NCBI GenBank assembly: GCA_016868575.1 | Contig: VGGL01000004.1 | Coordinates: 3,062 to 67,061, forward strand | Reading direction: 5' to 3' | Length of the DNA stretch: 64,000 bases | Source: Bacteroidota bacterium | GTDB lineage: Bacteria; Bacteroidota; Bacteroidia; Bacteroidales; FEN-979 | Shown here: piece after piece, positions 1 to 11,100 of the stretch | Layout of the letters: each line of letters opens with the position of its first letter | How positions within the stretch are numbered: position 1 is the stretch's first letter | The notes under the pieces: model-generated | What the model was told of the DNA's origin: nothing | What the model saw: the letters and a program-made list of their open reading frames with translations, nothing else | Database searches by the model: none | Position numbers and translations under genes: made by a program

Positions 1-567
1 CTGGAATTTCTCCCGCTTGTTCTTTTGAATAATGACTTCACTGGGTTGAAAGCTTTGGATCAGTTTCTCGATGTAATCAAGGTTTCCCTGCGCCAGGTAG
101 AACTCACCTGTTGATACATCCAGAAATGCCACTCCGGCTAAATTTGAATCCAAGTGGAGGCAAGCAAGAAAATTATTTTCCTTGTTTTCCAGGATTTTAT
201 CATGGTAGGATACGCCTGGCGTTACAAGTTCAGTAACCCCTCGCTTTACAATCGTTTTAGCCAGTTTGGGGTCCTCCAATTGATCGCATATCGCTACGCG
301 GTACCCGGCCTTTACCAGCTTCGGCAGGTAAGTGTCAAGAGCATGGTAGGGAAACCCTGCCAGCTCCACATAGGAAGCTGCCCCATTCGCCCTCCTGGTC
401 AGTACAATCCCAAGAACTCCGCTGGTCTTTATGGCATCCTCCCCAAAAGTTTCATAGAAATCACCAACCCTGAAGAGCAGGATCGCATCCGGGTATTTTG
501 CCTTGATCGCCTGGTATTGCCGCATCAATGGCGTCTCTTTCTGGTCTCGCTTTTCCTTTGACATCAT
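1..567 (-). CDS. mutS: DNA mismatch repair protein MutS, N-terminal part (rest of gene lies outside the window)
   Basis: My own translation of the minus strand is open from 567 down to 1. It reads [45 protein letters not shown]...[30 protein letters not shown], the canonical MutS domain I signature. It is absent from the ORF track because it runs off the window edge. Confidence 0.9.
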   Translation of the reverse strand, partial: MMSKEKRDQKETPLMRQYQAIKAKYPDAILLFRVGDFYETFGEDAIKTSGVLGIVLTRRANGAASYVELAGFPYHALDTYLPKLVKAGYRVAICDQLEDPKLAKTIVKRGVTELVTPGVSYHDKILENKENNFLACLHLDSNLAGVAFLDVSTGEFYLAQGNLDYIEKLIQSFQPSEVIIQKNKREKFQ

Positions 568-660
568 TTTTTTCCGGTGCGAACAAAGATAAAACTATAT
601 TTACATCGGATTTCTGTTGAACGAATTTTATCCTCCCCGGACAAACCAATTGGGGCGTAA

Positions 661-1194
661 GTGAAAAAACTCAGTGCCAGTGAATTGAACCGATTGAACT
701 TAGCGGAGTTTAGGCATGCCCGCAAACATCCGGTAGCCATTGTGCTGGACAATGTCAGAAGCATGTTTAACATTGGCTCAGTGTTCAGAACAGCTGACGC
801 CTTCCTGGTTGAGCATTTGCATCTCTGTGGAATTACTGCAACCCCTCCGAATAAAGAGATACATAAAACAGCACTCGGGGCAACTGAATCTGTTCAGTGG
901 ACCTATTATCCACATACTACCGATTGCCTCCAACGCTTGAAATCTGATGACTATCTGATTTGTGCGGTAGAACTTACCGATCAGAGCATTCCGCTGGAAA
1001 CATGGATCCCCGAGATCAATCGCAAGATTGCCTTCATTTTCGGGAACGAGGTAAATGGAATCTCCGACGAGGTGTTAGCTTTGGCTGATCTGGCTGTGGG
1101 TATCCCCCAGTTTGGCACCAAGCACTCTCTCAATATCTCAGTGTGTGCGGGAATTGTCATCCATCACTGCCTCCTGGTAAAGAATTCTCCATAA
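661..1194 (+). CDS. SpoU/TrmH-family RNA 2'-O-methyltransferase
   Basis: 177-aa ORF with a GTG start. C-terminal SPOUT motifs are present: FIFGNEVNGISDEVL and IPQFGTKHSLNISVCAGIVIH. Confidence 0.8.
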   Translation: MKKLSASELNRLNLAEFRHARKHPVAIVLDNVRSMFNIGSVFRTADAFLVEHLHLCGITATPPNKEIHKTALGATESVQWTYYPHTTDCLQRLKSDDYLICAVELTDQSIPLETWIPEINRKIAFIFGNEVNGISDEVLALADLAVGIPQFGTKHSLNISVCAGIVIHHCLLVKNSP

Positions 1195-1377
1195 GCAATG
1201 TAACATTTACTGATTAGATGCGTAAAATCTTAAAAAAAGATCGAAATTTGTTTTTATTTTCTAAAGAATATATATACTTTTGACTCGTAAATCTTCATTA
1301 ATAGAGGTAACTATTTGATATTCAATGTAATATTTAAAAAGGCGCCTTCAGGGTAGCCGGATGTTGAATTAATGTGC

Positions 1378-1385
1378 TATATTTG
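1378..1385 (+). promoter_or_regulatory. Bacteroidota sigma-A -7 box (TAnnTTTG)
   Basis: TATATTTG in an AT-rich intergenic region, about 55 nt upstream of the ATG at 1440. Confidence 0.4.
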
Positions 1386-1439
1386 CTGACAAAATCAAGA
1401 TATTAACCAAAACAAGATAAATAACCTAAAAAAAACGAT

Positions 1440-3953
1440 ATGAAAAACGTGTATCAAATCCTCGTAAGAGTGATTATTGTATTGTTGGCAATGATCATTC
1501 CGTTGTTCTTCTATGGACAAACTACTGAAAAATCTGCAAAGAAAGGATGGCAAAAAGCCCCCAGTCACACATTCTGGTATGTTGGCGGGTTTGGAGGCGT
1601 CAGCGCTTTCCATGGCGATCTTTCTGAAACCAAAGTCCTCCCGAACAAAGATACCTGGGGTTATAACTATGGTTTCAATCTGGGTCGCCAGTTTACCCGG
1701 GTCATGGGCTTGAGGCTGCAGGTTGAACACGGCAGGGTGAATGGACGAGTGGAGAATAAATTTGTAGACCAAAATTACATCTCGCAAAAATTCAGGGCCT
1801 TCCCCTTGGAAGCAAATCTGAATGTGACGGTTAATTTCGTCAACTGGGCTGCCGGCTACAAACCATCCCGTCTGTTTAGCATATATGGTATTTTCGGTGG
1901 TGGGTTCGACTGGATGATTGGTCACAAAACCGACCTCTTGACCAACAGGACTATTGCCAACTTGGCTACCTATAAGGGCCCCGATAAAAAAATCCTTTTC
2001 TGGAAAACCGACGGACGCGGAAGAACCTCTACCCCCAAACTGCTGGCCGGTCTTGGATTTGATTTCAACCTCTCCAAGCACTGGGGAGTTAACTTTGAGT
2101 ATAACTACAAATACCAGTTCTACGATCGCCTGGATATGACCGAAGGCGGCTCCAGCGAAGTGATTAACGACATGTACAGCGCCGCTACTGTGGGTGTTGC
2201 CTATAAGTTCGGATATCCCTGCAATACCAAGATCATGGAAAAGGAGTTTGGCAAGGTTAAATTCGAAACTACCCCTGCCATCCTGAAGGCAGAATGTGAT
2301 ACCATCCCATTCTCCGTTAAGATCACATTCCCGGCCAATTACTTCAATGCCAATGTTTGCATGTTCCTTGAACCCGTTCTGAAATACCAGGGTGGAGAAT
2401 ATGTTTGTAAACCCATGGCATTCCAGGGAGAAAACGTAAGCGGCGGCGGCATTACCGTTCCTTACAAGGAAGGTGGAACCTATACTTACAAAGGGGTGAT
2501 CCCATTCAAGCCAGGTATGGAAAATTGCATGCTGGTTGCTGAACCCATGATCTATTGTTCCAAGGGTGAAGTTTACATGAAAAAGGACGATGTGAAAACC
2601 AAAGTCACCTTTACCCAACTTCCGTTGGTTAATCTTGCTCCCGGCGTGATTGTGACTTCAAGGAAACTCGTAAATGACCAAAAAACAATTATCCCTCCTC
2701 ACGGATATGTTAAAGAAGTGATTATTACCAAAGTGGCTAACCTATACTTCCCGAAAGACATCTATAAACTCAACCTGAAATTCGGTTTGAACAAAACCCA
2801 GAAAGCCATCGATGACCTGAATCAACTTTATGATTTCATTCAGAAATACTACCCGGTTAACAAACTTACCATCAATGGTTGGGCATCACCTGAAGGCGAA
2901 GAAACCCACAATGTCGGCCTCTCCGATAACCGCGCCAAAGCCGGACGGACACACATGAACGATATATTCAAGAAATGGGCTAAATCAAAGGATCCTAATA
3001 TTAAGGTAAAGATTGACAATCCTGAAACCGTGGTCAACTATGCCCTTACAGCCAATGGACCTGATTGGAGCGGCTTCATGAAATTGCTGGAAGCTTCCAA
3101 TGTTAAAGATAAGGCCAAGATCATGAATGTGATCAACTCCGCCGGCACACCCGCCGCCAAGGAAAGGGAAATCCGTAACATGATCCTGATCTATCCTGAA
3201 CTTGAAGCAGACCTCCTTCCTCCTTCAAGAAAAGCTGAAATCGTTGCCACCGCTTATGAGCCAAGGAAAACAGATGAACAAATACTCCAGCTTTCACTCA
3301 ACAACCCCAGTGAACTCACAGTGGAAGAGATCCTCTATGCCGGAACACTTACTACCAATGAAAACAACCTGTTGACAATCTATGAAAACGCTGCCAAGAC
3401 TTTCCCCACCAACTGGAAGGCACTGAACAATGCCGGTGTTTACGAGTTGAAAAACAAGAAGCTTGATAAAGCTGCTACTTTCCTCAACAAGGCCAACGAA
3501 GTTGCTCCCAATAACGGTGTGATCCTCAATAACCTGGGCGCTCTTGCCGCTGCCAATAACGACTACAAAACAGCTGAATCCTATTTCACGAAAGCACAGC
3601 AACTGGGTGAAAATGTTAACTATAACCAGGGAACCTGCGCAATCGTAAAATGTGATTTCCAGAAAGCCAACACCCTCTTCGCCGGAAGCCAGTGCACCTA
3701 TAATATTGCCCTGGCGCAATTCATGGCCAACAACTACTCCGCCGCAACAAATACCCTGAAATGTGCTCCGCAAACAGCTGAAACCTATTACCTTGCTGCA
3801 GTGATCGGTGCCCGGACAAATAACACCACCATGCTCTATGAAAACCTGATGAATGCGATCAAGCAAAATCCGGCCATGAAAGAAAAAGCCAAACTTGACA
3901 GGGAATTCTTCAACTTTGAAAAAACTCCTGAATTCCAGGGAATCGTGAAGTAA
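1440..3953 (+). CDS. Large outer-membrane protein: beta-barrel-like N-domain, OmpA-like segment and C-terminal TPR repeats
   Basis: 837-aa ORF with a hydrophobic signal-like N-terminus. A roughly 220-aa alternating beta-strand region ends ATVGVAYKFG. There is an OmpA-like string INGWASPEGEETHNVGLSDNRAKAG. C-terminal TPR-like repeats follow (NWKALNNAGVYELKNKKLDKAATFLNKANEVAPNNGVILNNLG...). Confidence 0.7.
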   Translation: MKNVYQILVRVIIVLLAMIIPLFFYGQTTEKSAKKGWQKAPSHTFWYVGGFGGVSAFHGDLSETKVLPNKDTWGYNYGFNLGRQFTRVMGLRLQVEHGRVNGRVENKFVDQNYISQKFRAFPLEANLNVTVNFVNWAAGYKPSRLFSIYGIFGGGFDWMIGHKTDLLTNRTIANLATYKGPDKKILFWKTDGRGRTSTPKLLAGLGFDFNLSKHWGVNFEYNYKYQFYDRLDMTEGGSSEVINDMYSAATVGVAYKFGYPCNTKIMEKEFGKVKFETTPAILKAECDTIPFSVKITFPANYFNANVCMFLEPVLKYQGGEYVCKPMAFQGENVSGGGITVPYKEGGTYTYKGVIPFKPGMENCMLVAEPMIYCSKGEVYMKKDDVKTKVTFTQLPLVNLAPGVIVTSRKLVNDQKTIIPPHGYVKEVIITKVANLYFPKDIYKLNLKFGLNKTQKAIDDLNQLYDFIQKYYPVNKLTINGWASPEGEETHNVGLSDNRAKAGRTHMNDIFKKWAKSKDPNIKVKIDNPETVVNYALTANGPDWSGFMKLLEASNVKDKAKIMNVINSAGTPAAKEREIRNMILIYPELEADLLPPSRKAEIVATAYEPRKTDEQILQLSLNNPSELTVEEILYAGTLTTNENNLLTIYENAAKTFPTNWKALNNAGVYELKNKKLDKAATFLNKANEVAPNNGVILNNLGALAAANNDYKTAESYFTKAQQLGENVNYNQGTCAIVKCDFQKANTLFAGSQCTYNIALAQFMANNYSAATNTLKCAPQTAETYYLAAVIGARTNNTTMLYENLMNAIKQNPAMKEKAKLDREFFNFEKTPEFQGIVK

Positions 3954-3971
3954 TCCACTTCCCTGATAACG

Positions 3972-4008
3972 AAAATCCCGGTTCAATTGATGAACCGGGA
4001 TTTTTTTT
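3972..4008. terminator. Bidirectional rho-independent terminator between convergent genes
   Basis: A perfect 12-bp stem AATCCCGGTTCA / TGAACCGGGATT with a 5-nt loop. It has an A-run on the left and T8 on the right, and overlaps the stop of the minus-strand kinase gene. Confidence 0.8.
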
Positions 4009-4639
4009 ACGGGATGATCCGGTGAACCCCCGGAGTGTAATCCTGACCGATTATTTCAAGCAGCAAAGTGTAATCATCCTGGCTCTTCACGAAGTCAAGC
4101 TTGTTGGTGTCGATAATAACCACCGGGATTGTCGTTAATTGCCGGATATAGTCCAGGTATCCTTTCTGAATCTTTTCAAGGTAGTCGGGGCTGATTTTTT
4201 GTTCATAGGAACGTCCTCTTTGTGTAATGTTATGGATCAGCCTGTCGATGTCAACATACAGATAGACAAGCAAATCTGGCTGTGGAACAACGGAGATGAT
4301 GATATGAAACAGCCTGGAGTAGAGGGTAAACTCATCCTCTTCAAGGGTTTTACTTGCGAAGATCAGAGACTTGTTGATAAAATAGTCTGCAACGGTCATC
4401 GGATGGAAGATGTCGATGTTGGTGATCTGTTGCTTGATCTGCTGGTACCTTTCAGCCAGAAATGATAACTCGAGCGGAAATGCAAACCTGGCGGGGTTCT
4501 CATAAAACTTTGGGAGGAATGAATTTTCTTCGAACTGCTCCAGGATTAGCCGTGCATTGAACTGTTGCGACATTTTACAGGCGAGGGTTGTTTTCCCTGC
4601 TCCAATGTTCCCTTCGATGACAATATACCTGTATTTCAT
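4007..4639 (-). CDS. Deoxynucleoside kinase
   Basis: 210 aa. N-terminal P-loop IEGNIGAGKTTL, an ERYQ motif and an RGRSYEQ lid-like motif. The size is typical of dAK/dGK-family kinases. Confidence 0.85.
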   Translation of the reverse strand: MKYRYIVIEGNIGAGKTTLACKMSQQFNARLILEQFEENSFLPKFYENPARFAFPLELSFLAERYQQIKQQITNIDIFHPMTVADYFINKSLIFASKTLEEDEFTLYSRLFHIIISVVPQPDLLVYLYVDIDRLIHNITQRGRSYEQKISPDYLEKIQKGYLDYIRQLTTIPVVIIDTNKLDFVKSQDDYTLLLEIIGQDYTPGVHRIIP

Positions 4640-5145
4640 GGGTTCTCTTTCGGTGAATAGATGTGAATCCTTGATTTATCAACACATTTTTGTTTCAGGT
4701 CTGTAATATTGATATGCAGAAGCGGGTGGACATACTCACAGGCAATCTCTTCCATCGGATAGAGGATGAAGTTTCTTTCAGGTATCCTGGGGTGAGGGAT
4801 CATAAGGTCATTCAGGGAATTGACCAGGTGATCAAAAAAAAGGATATCAATATCAATATTGCGTGGAATATATTTTCCAGGGGTTCTCTTACGACCCTGG
4901 GTGGCCTCATACCGATGAATCCGGGAGAGCGTTTCTTCTGGTTGCAGGGTTGATATAACCTCAACGACCTGGTTCAGGAACCAACCGGTGTTATCCATCA
5001 TCCAGGGTTCACTTTCATAAATGGAAGATCGCCGGAGGATGACACCGATCTCATGTTCCACAAACCTCAATCCTTCCCTGAGATTTGATTCCCGGTCACC
5101 CAGATTGCTTCCAAGAGATAAAAAAATGTGGTGCTTTCCTGGCAT
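4636..5145 (-). CDS. folK: 2-amino-4-hydroxy-6-hydroxymethyldihydropteridine diphosphokinase (HPPK)
   Basis: 169 aa. Strings SLGSNLGDR, SSIYESEPW, RNIDIDILFF and IPHPRIPERNFILYPMEEI match HPPK. There is a 4-nt overlap with the downstream kinase gene. Confidence 0.85.
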   Translation of the reverse strand: MPGKHHIFLSLGSNLGDRESNLREGLRFVEHEIGVILRRSSIYESEPWMMDNTGWFLNQVVEVISTLQPEETLSRIHRYEATQGRKRTPGKYIPRNIDIDILFFDHLVNSLNDLMIPHPRIPERNFILYPMEEIACEYVHPLLHINITDLKQKCVDKSRIHIYSPKENP

Positions 5146-5294
5146 GATGAAGGAGATGAACGTACAATGATAAATATTTTAACTTGTTCCTGTCTTAAGA
5201 AGTACGGAGAACTTTTCAACATCTTTTTCCGGTGGTTGATTGGGTTATTTCTGCCATTCAACCCATATTTGAATTGGAAGATGTTGATTCATTG

Positions 5295-5302
5295 TACATT
5301 TG
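5295..5302 (+). promoter_or_regulatory. Bacteroidota -7 box (TAnnTTTG)
   Basis: TACATTTG, 27 nt upstream of the ATG at 5329. Confidence 0.45.
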
Positions 5303-5328
5303 CGAAAACCAATTCTAAATTATTTGAG

Positions 5329-7080
5329 ATGAAACAGTTTTTTAAGTTCATGTTTGCCTCCATGTTGGGAACATTTTTAACCCTCGTGGTGCTTTTCTTT
5401 ATCCTTTTGGGGATTGTCGCCGGTGTCGTCAGCATGGCCTCTAAAGATGAGGTCAAGGTCTCACCCAACAGCGTGCTGGTGGTGAGGCTTGATCAACCCA
5501 TTTCCGACCGGTCTCCTAAAATGCCGTTCCTGATGGCAGGCCTTGATGGCGTGATGGGACTTAATGATGTCACTAAAAGCCTGAAAAAAGCTGCAGATGA
5601 CGAAAACATCAAAGGTATTCTTCTTGATCTTAGTGATATTCCTGCAGGGATTGCTACGATTGAAGAGGTCAGGGATGCATTGGTCGCATTTCGAGAAAGC
5701 GGAAAATTCATTTATGCTTACAGCAACAGTTATACACAGCCAGCTTATTACCTGGCAACAGCGGCTGATAAAATCTTCATGAATCCCCAGGGGAACTTTG
5801 ATTTCCGTGGAGTTGTTGCACAAGCCATCTTCTTTAAAGGAACCCTGGATAAATTGAATGTGAAAGTTAAAGTCGTCCGGCATGGGAAGTATAAAAGTGC
5901 CATCGAACCTTTTGTCAATGATAAGATGAGCGATGCAAGCCGTGAGCAAATGACAGCTCTTGCCCAATCAGCATGGACCCGGATGCTTGAAGCGATTTCG
6001 AAATCCAGAAATATCGATGTTGCTGTATTGAATGCCATTGCCGACAGCCTCAAGATCCGGTCGGGGGAGGATGCAGTTAAACACAAGTTTGTTGATCAGC
6101 TAATGTATAAAGATGAGCTGATTGCTTTTCTGAAAGATCGAATCGGTGTTGATAAGGAAAGCAGCATCCATTCAGTATCCCTGGAAAACTACAAACATGT
6201 TTTACGTGACCGGAAGGAAACCATTGACCGGAAGAACAGGATCGCTGTCATTTATGCATCCGGAACGATAATGAACGGTAAAAGTGATGATGGTCAGATT
6301 GGAGCGGAAACTTTCTCCAAGGCCATTCGGAAAGCCCGGGAGGATAAGCGTGTGAAAGCAGTTGTCATAAGGGTAGATTCTCCGGGAGGTGATGCACTGG
6401 CCTCGGAGATCATCTGGCGTGAAGTTGACCTGACCTCTAAGGTTAAGCCGGTGGTTGCATCATTTGGGGATGTGGCGGCCTCCGGAGGATACTACATTTC
6501 ATGTGCGGCTGATACCATCCTGGCAGAAGCGGGTACGATCACCGGTTCCATTGGTGTATTTGGTCTCGTTCCTAATTTCAAAGGATTTTTGGGAGATAAG
6601 TTGGGTATCACCACCGACCTTGTAAAGACAAACAAACATTCCGATCTGATGAATCTTGCGGATGAAATGCCGGCTTTCCAGGAAGCCTACTTACAGCATG
6701 AAGTGGAACAGATATACCAGGTTTTCATTCAACACGTGGCAGAAGGGCGGGGGATACCCGTATCAAAGGTTGACAGCATTGGCCAGGGACGGGTTTGGAG
6801 TGGATCTGATGCATTACAGATCGGATTGATCGATAAGATCGGCACCCTGGATGATGCCATCAAGATCGCAGCTGATATGGCCAAGATCAAGAATTATCTG
6901 GTTGTTGATCTTCCCGAACAGAGAGATCCGATCCAAATGCTGATCAAAGGATTTACGGATGATGATATTATGCTGAAAAAGAGCCTCGGAGAGTATTATG
7001 GGTACTTCGAATACGTAAAATCTCTTGAAAAAATGCAAGGGGTTCAGGCCAGGATGCCGTTTCTGATCGAATGGCAGTAA
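5329..7080 (+). CDS. sppA: Signal peptide peptidase SppA, 67K type
   Basis: The ORF track frame starts at 5128. I place the start at ATG 5329 (MKQFFKFMFASMLGTFLTLVVLFF, a TM anchor), because the upstream extension overlaps folK and the promoter box. Two S49 repeats are present: RVDSPGGDALASE and GDVAASGGYYISCAAD. Confidence 0.85.
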   Translation: MKQFFKFMFASMLGTFLTLVVLFFILLGIVAGVVSMASKDEVKVSPNSVLVVRLDQPISDRSPKMPFLMAGLDGVMGLNDVTKSLKKAADDENIKGILLDLSDIPAGIATIEEVRDALVAFRESGKFIYAYSNSYTQPAYYLATAADKIFMNPQGNFDFRGVVAQAIFFKGTLDKLNVKVKVVRHGKYKSAIEPFVNDKMSDASREQMTALAQSAWTRMLEAISKSRNIDVAVLNAIADSLKIRSGEDAVKHKFVDQLMYKDELIAFLKDRIGVDKESSIHSVSLENYKHVLRDRKETIDRKNRIAVIYASGTIMNGKSDDGQIGAETFSKAIRKAREDKRVKAVVIRVDSPGGDALASEIIWREVDLTSKVKPVVASFGDVAASGGYYISCAADTILAEAGTITGSIGVFGLVPNFKGFLGDKLGITTDLVKTNKHSDLMNLADEMPAFQEAYLQHEVEQIYQVFIQHVAEGRGIPVSKVDSIGQGRVWSGSDALQIGLIDKIGTLDDAIKIAADMAKIKNYLVVDLPEQRDPIQMLIKGFTDDDIMLKKSLGEYYGYFEYVKSLEKMQGVQARMPFLIEWQ

Positions 7081-7098
7081 AGCCTGTCAATGAGTAAA

Positions 7099-7126
7099 GA
7101 AAAAGGGGCCCGAAAGCCCCTTTTTT
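7099..7126. terminator. Bidirectional rho-independent terminator
   Basis: AAAAAGGGGC-CCGAAA-GCCCCTTTTTT between the convergent sppA and DHOD-like genes. Confidence 0.8.
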
Positions 7127-7127
7127 A

Positions 7128-8141
7128 TTAGATCATTGGATACTTTTTGAAGATTTCTGCCGACTTCATGAGAATATCAACATATTGGGCCCGTTTGTAA
7201 ACAAAAGGATCTTTCAGGCTCTTTTTGGAAAGTTTGCCCCTGAACTGATCGATGGTTTGGTATTGGTGGGTATCCATCCAGGTATTCAATTCGTCAAGAA
7301 TAGTGGAGATTTGTTCAATCCCGTTCTTATACAAGGTACTGACAACCTGCACGCAGGTGGCGCCTGCCAGGAGCATCTTAACCACATCTTTCCCGTTAAA
7401 GATGCCGGTATTGCTGCACAGATCGCCACGGATCTCCCCAAACAGGAGTCCGGCAAAACGCAGTGGAAGCCGGTTATCATCCTCATGGCTGATGTGATAC
7501 GGGAAGTGATGTTCTTCCTTATCCACATCAATATCGGGTTGGAACAGCCGGTTGAACAGCACAAAACCATCTGCACCTTCGTAGTACATCCGCTGAACCA
7601 CATTGAGAACATTGGAATAAAAGGGGCTGATTTTCACCGAGACGGGTACTTTCAGTTTTTTCTTCACAATGTCGATGATGTCAAGCTGTTCGTTGATGAT
7701 GTTTTTCTCGTCTTTTTTGAAATCATCCGGGGCAGAGTAAAAGTTCAACTCGATGGCATCGGCTCCGGCATCTTCCAGTGCAAGGGCATACTCTTCCCAT
7801 GTTTCTTCGTACACCGCGTTGAGGCTGGCGATAATCGGGATATTAACCGTTTGCTTCAGGCGCTTAATGTTCTCCAGGTGTTCTGTTGATCCGGCATGTT
7901 CGAGGTTCGGAAATAGCCGGGTCATCTCTGCGTTCCGCTCTTTATATTCAGCCAGTTCCTCATCCAGTTGAAGCCGTTCAAGTTGGATCTGCTCTTCGAA
8001 GAGGGATTTATAAACCACAGCGGCTGCACCGGCAGCTTCCATCTTCTTCACATTTTCATGATCCAGAACCAGGTTGCTGGCTCCAACGATGACCGGATTT
8101 TTCAGTTCCAGTCCAAGGTATTTTATACTCAGGTCAGCCAT
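7128..8141 (-). CDS. Dihydroorotate dehydrogenase-like (DHOD/DPD-family TIM-barrel) protein
   Basis: 337 aa. Strings LKNPVIVGAS, AIELNFYS, GADGFVLFNR and NTGIFNGKDVVKMLLAGATCVQVVS. It lies directly downstream of PFOR on the same strand. Confidence 0.7.
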   Translation of the reverse strand: MADLSIKYLGLELKNPVIVGASNLVLDHENVKKMEAAGAAAVVYKSLFEEQIQLERLQLDEELAEYKERNAEMTRLFPNLEHAGSTEHLENIKRLKQTVNIPIIASLNAVYEETWEEYALALEDAGADAIELNFYSAPDDFKKDEKNIINEQLDIIDIVKKKLKVPVSVKISPFYSNVLNVVQRMYYEGADGFVLFNRLFQPDIDVDKEEHHFPYHISHEDDNRLPLRFAGLLFGEIRGDLCSNTGIFNGKDVVKMLLAGATCVQVVSTLYKNGIEQISTILDELNTWMDTHQYQTIDQFRGKLSKKSLKDPFVYKRAQYVDILMKSAEIFKKYPMI

Positions 8142-8169
8142 AAGAAAGGGTATTGAGGTATCAAATATT

Positions 8170-11100
8170 TTAAATGGAATAATTCAGTTCCGACATCTGC
8201 TTGTAACTATTGTATTTCCAGCGAGCATTTTCTTCTGCTGCCTTGAACAAGCGTTCAGCTTCTGAGGGGAATGTTTTTTTCAGCGCCATATACCTGACTT
8301 CGCTTTCCAGGAACTTCCTGAACTCGCTCCATTCAGGTTCCTTGGAATCCAGGATGAATGGGTTTTTCCCTTCGTGAGCCAACAGTGGATTGTAGCGATA
8401 CAGGTGGAAATAGCCTGATTTTACCGCCCTGTCAGATTCCTCCTGTGATTTTTCCATGCCGGCACGGATCCCGTGGTTGATGCACGGAGAGTAGGCTATA
8501 ATGAGAGAAGGACCAGGGTAAGCTTCTGCTTCCTTGATGGTTTTGAAGAACTGGCTGTAGCTGGCCCCCATAGCGACCTGCGCAACATAAACATACCCAT
8601 AGGTGATGGCCATGGCACCGAGGTCTTTCTTGCTCGTCTTTTTCCCCGATGCAGCGAATTTGGCAACTGAACCGAAAGGCGTCGATTTGGATGATTGTCC
8701 TCCCGTGTTGGAATAGACTTCAGTATCCAGCACCAGCATGTTCACATCTTCGTTCATGGCAAGTACATGGTCGAGACCACCGAAGCCAATATCATAGGCC
8801 CAGCCATCGCCTCCAACGATCCATATCGATTTTTTGATCAAATATTGTTTAAGGTCAAGGATATCCTTCACGATTTGATCATTCTCTTTTAACAAGAGTG
8901 GGAGTAACTTTTCAGTGGCAGCGACAGATTTTCCAGCGTCATTCATCCCTTGTGTCCATTCCTGAAATACCTGGTAGGTGTCGGCTGAAAGGTTATTTTT
9001 CTTTCTGGATTCAGCCATCATGCGTGCAATTCTTTCCCTGAGTTTCCTGACGCCCACAGCCATCCCGAAGCCATATTCTGCATTATCTTCAAACAGGGAA
9101 TTGGCCCAGGCAGGCCCTTTCCCGTTAACTTCCGGACAGTAAGGAGAGGAAGGTGCTGTTCCGCCATAGATGGAGGAGCATCCGGTTGCATTGGCAACCA
9201 TCATCCGTTCACCAAAAAGCTGGGTGATTACCTTAATATAGGGGGTCTCACCACATCCTGCACAGGCGCCGGAGAACTCAAACAGCGGTTTGGCAAATTG
9301 GCTGTTTTTAAAGGTTTTATCCCTCGGAGCAACTGCTTCCTTATGTGTGGCATGATTGACAAGATAATCCCAGTTGATTGTTTCATGTAGCTGTGTTTCA
9401 AGCTTCTGTAATACAAGTGACTTGGTTTTGGAAGGGCATACATCCACACAATTGCCGCAACCGGTGCAGTCGAAAACACTCACCTGGATCTTGAATTCCA
9501 ATCCTGCCAGTTCTTTACCGGCTGCCTTGATGGTTTGGATCCCCTTGGGAGCTGCCGCTTTTTCTTTTTCGTCAAGCAGGAAAGGACGAATAGCTGCATG
9601 AGGACAAACAAAAGCACACTGGTTACACTGGATACAATGTTCCGGCAGCCATTGTGGAACATTCACGGCAATGCCTCTTTTCTCAAGGGTTGTAGTTCCA
9701 GCCGGGAACGATCCGTCTTCACGGCCAACAAAAGCGCTGACCGGTATATCATCCCCCTTTAATTGGTAGATCGGGATGAAGATATCATTCACAAATTTAT
9801 TCAAGGCGGGATCCTGAATATTTGATTTCTTCGGTGGTATCGTACCATCCAGTTTTACCCACTCGGAGGGTACTTCAACCTGCTCAGGTTCACCTCCCCG
9901 GTCAATAGCCAGCATATTCATCTTCACGATCTCTTCCCCTTTTTTGCCATAGGTCTTTTTCACCGCATCTTTCATTTGTGTGATGGCCTGTTCATATGGA
10001 ATGACATTAGATACTTTGAAAAAGGCCGATTGCATGATGCTGTTGGTGCGGTTTCCGAGACCGATCTCTTCAGCGATTTTAGTCGCATTGATGATGAAAA
10101 ACCTGATGTTGTTGGCTGCCAGGTAATGTTTCATATGATCGGGAAACCGGTTCTTGGATTCTTCGGCATCCCAGATGCTGTTCAACAGGAAGGTGCCACC
10201 ATTTTTCAGGCCTTTGAGCATATCATATTTATCCAGGTAAGAGGGGACGTGGCATGCCACAAAGTCGGGTGTATTGACCAGGTAAGTAGACCGGATTGGC
10301 TGATCTCCAAACCGTAGATGAGAGACCGTTATCCCGCCGGATTTTTTGGAGTCATATGAAAAATAGGCCTGGACATATTTATCGGTCGAGTCTCCAATGA
10401 TCTTAATCGAGTTCTTATTGGCGCCTACGGTACCATCTGAACCCAGTCCGTAGAACTTGCCTGAGTAGGAGCCTTCCGGCTGCATGTCTACATCTGGCAG
10501 GATAGGTAATGAAGTAAATGTCACATCATCTGTGATACCGATGGTGAAGCGGTTTTTAGGTTGCGACGACATGAGGTTTTCGAAGACAGCCAGGATTTGG
10601 GAAGGAACGGTATCTTTTGAACTGAGGCCATATCTTCCTCCGATGATCATCGGTCTGTTCTCTTTTTCATAGAAAAGATCCCGAACCTCCAGGTAGAGGG
10701 GTTCGCCATTGGCGCCAGGTTCTTTTGCCCGGTCAAGCACACAGAGGCGTTTCGCTGTGGAGGGTAGAACGTTGAAGAAGTATTTTTCAGAGAATGGGCG
10801 GAAAAGGTGCACCGCTACAAGCCCGACTTTTTCACCCTTTTTCACCAGGTAGTCGACCACTTCACGGATTGTTTCGGTGGCGGAACCCATGGCGATGATA
10901 ACGTTTTCAGCTTCCGGGTGTCCATCATATACAAATGGATGATAGCGGCGTCCGGAGAGCTTGAATATCTCATCCATGTAGTTTTCAACGATGTCGGCAA
11001 CAGGTTCGTAAAACCGGTTGATAGATTCTTTTGCCTGGAAGAAGATGTCGGGGTTCTGGGCCGTTCCTTTCATTACCGGATGTTCGGGGTTGAGTGCCTG

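Noticed and set aside
154-773. ORF-track entries 154..561(+), 461..649(-) and 564..773(-)
   Set aside because: They are shadow or out-of-frame ORFs over the mutS N-terminus and its divergent promoter region. The minus-strand frame ending at 567 gives an unmistakable MutS domain I sequence instead.
1395-2618. 407-aa antisense ORF opposite the 837-aa outer-membrane protein gene
   Set aside because: Its composition is low-complexity and unlike a real protein (H/F/G-rich, no motifs). It lies entirely within a well-supported sense gene and extends into that gene's promoter. It is a typical shadow ORF.
5128-5328. N-terminal extensions of track ORFs: sppA from 5128, nifJ from 11781, the BNR protein from 28370, pyrE from 22987, the DUF4783-like gene from 37120 and nqrE from 59126
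   Set aside because: The extensions overlap neighbouring genes or promoter boxes and add residues unlike real protein sequence. Internal ATGs give canonical N-termini (signal peptide or a conserved start).
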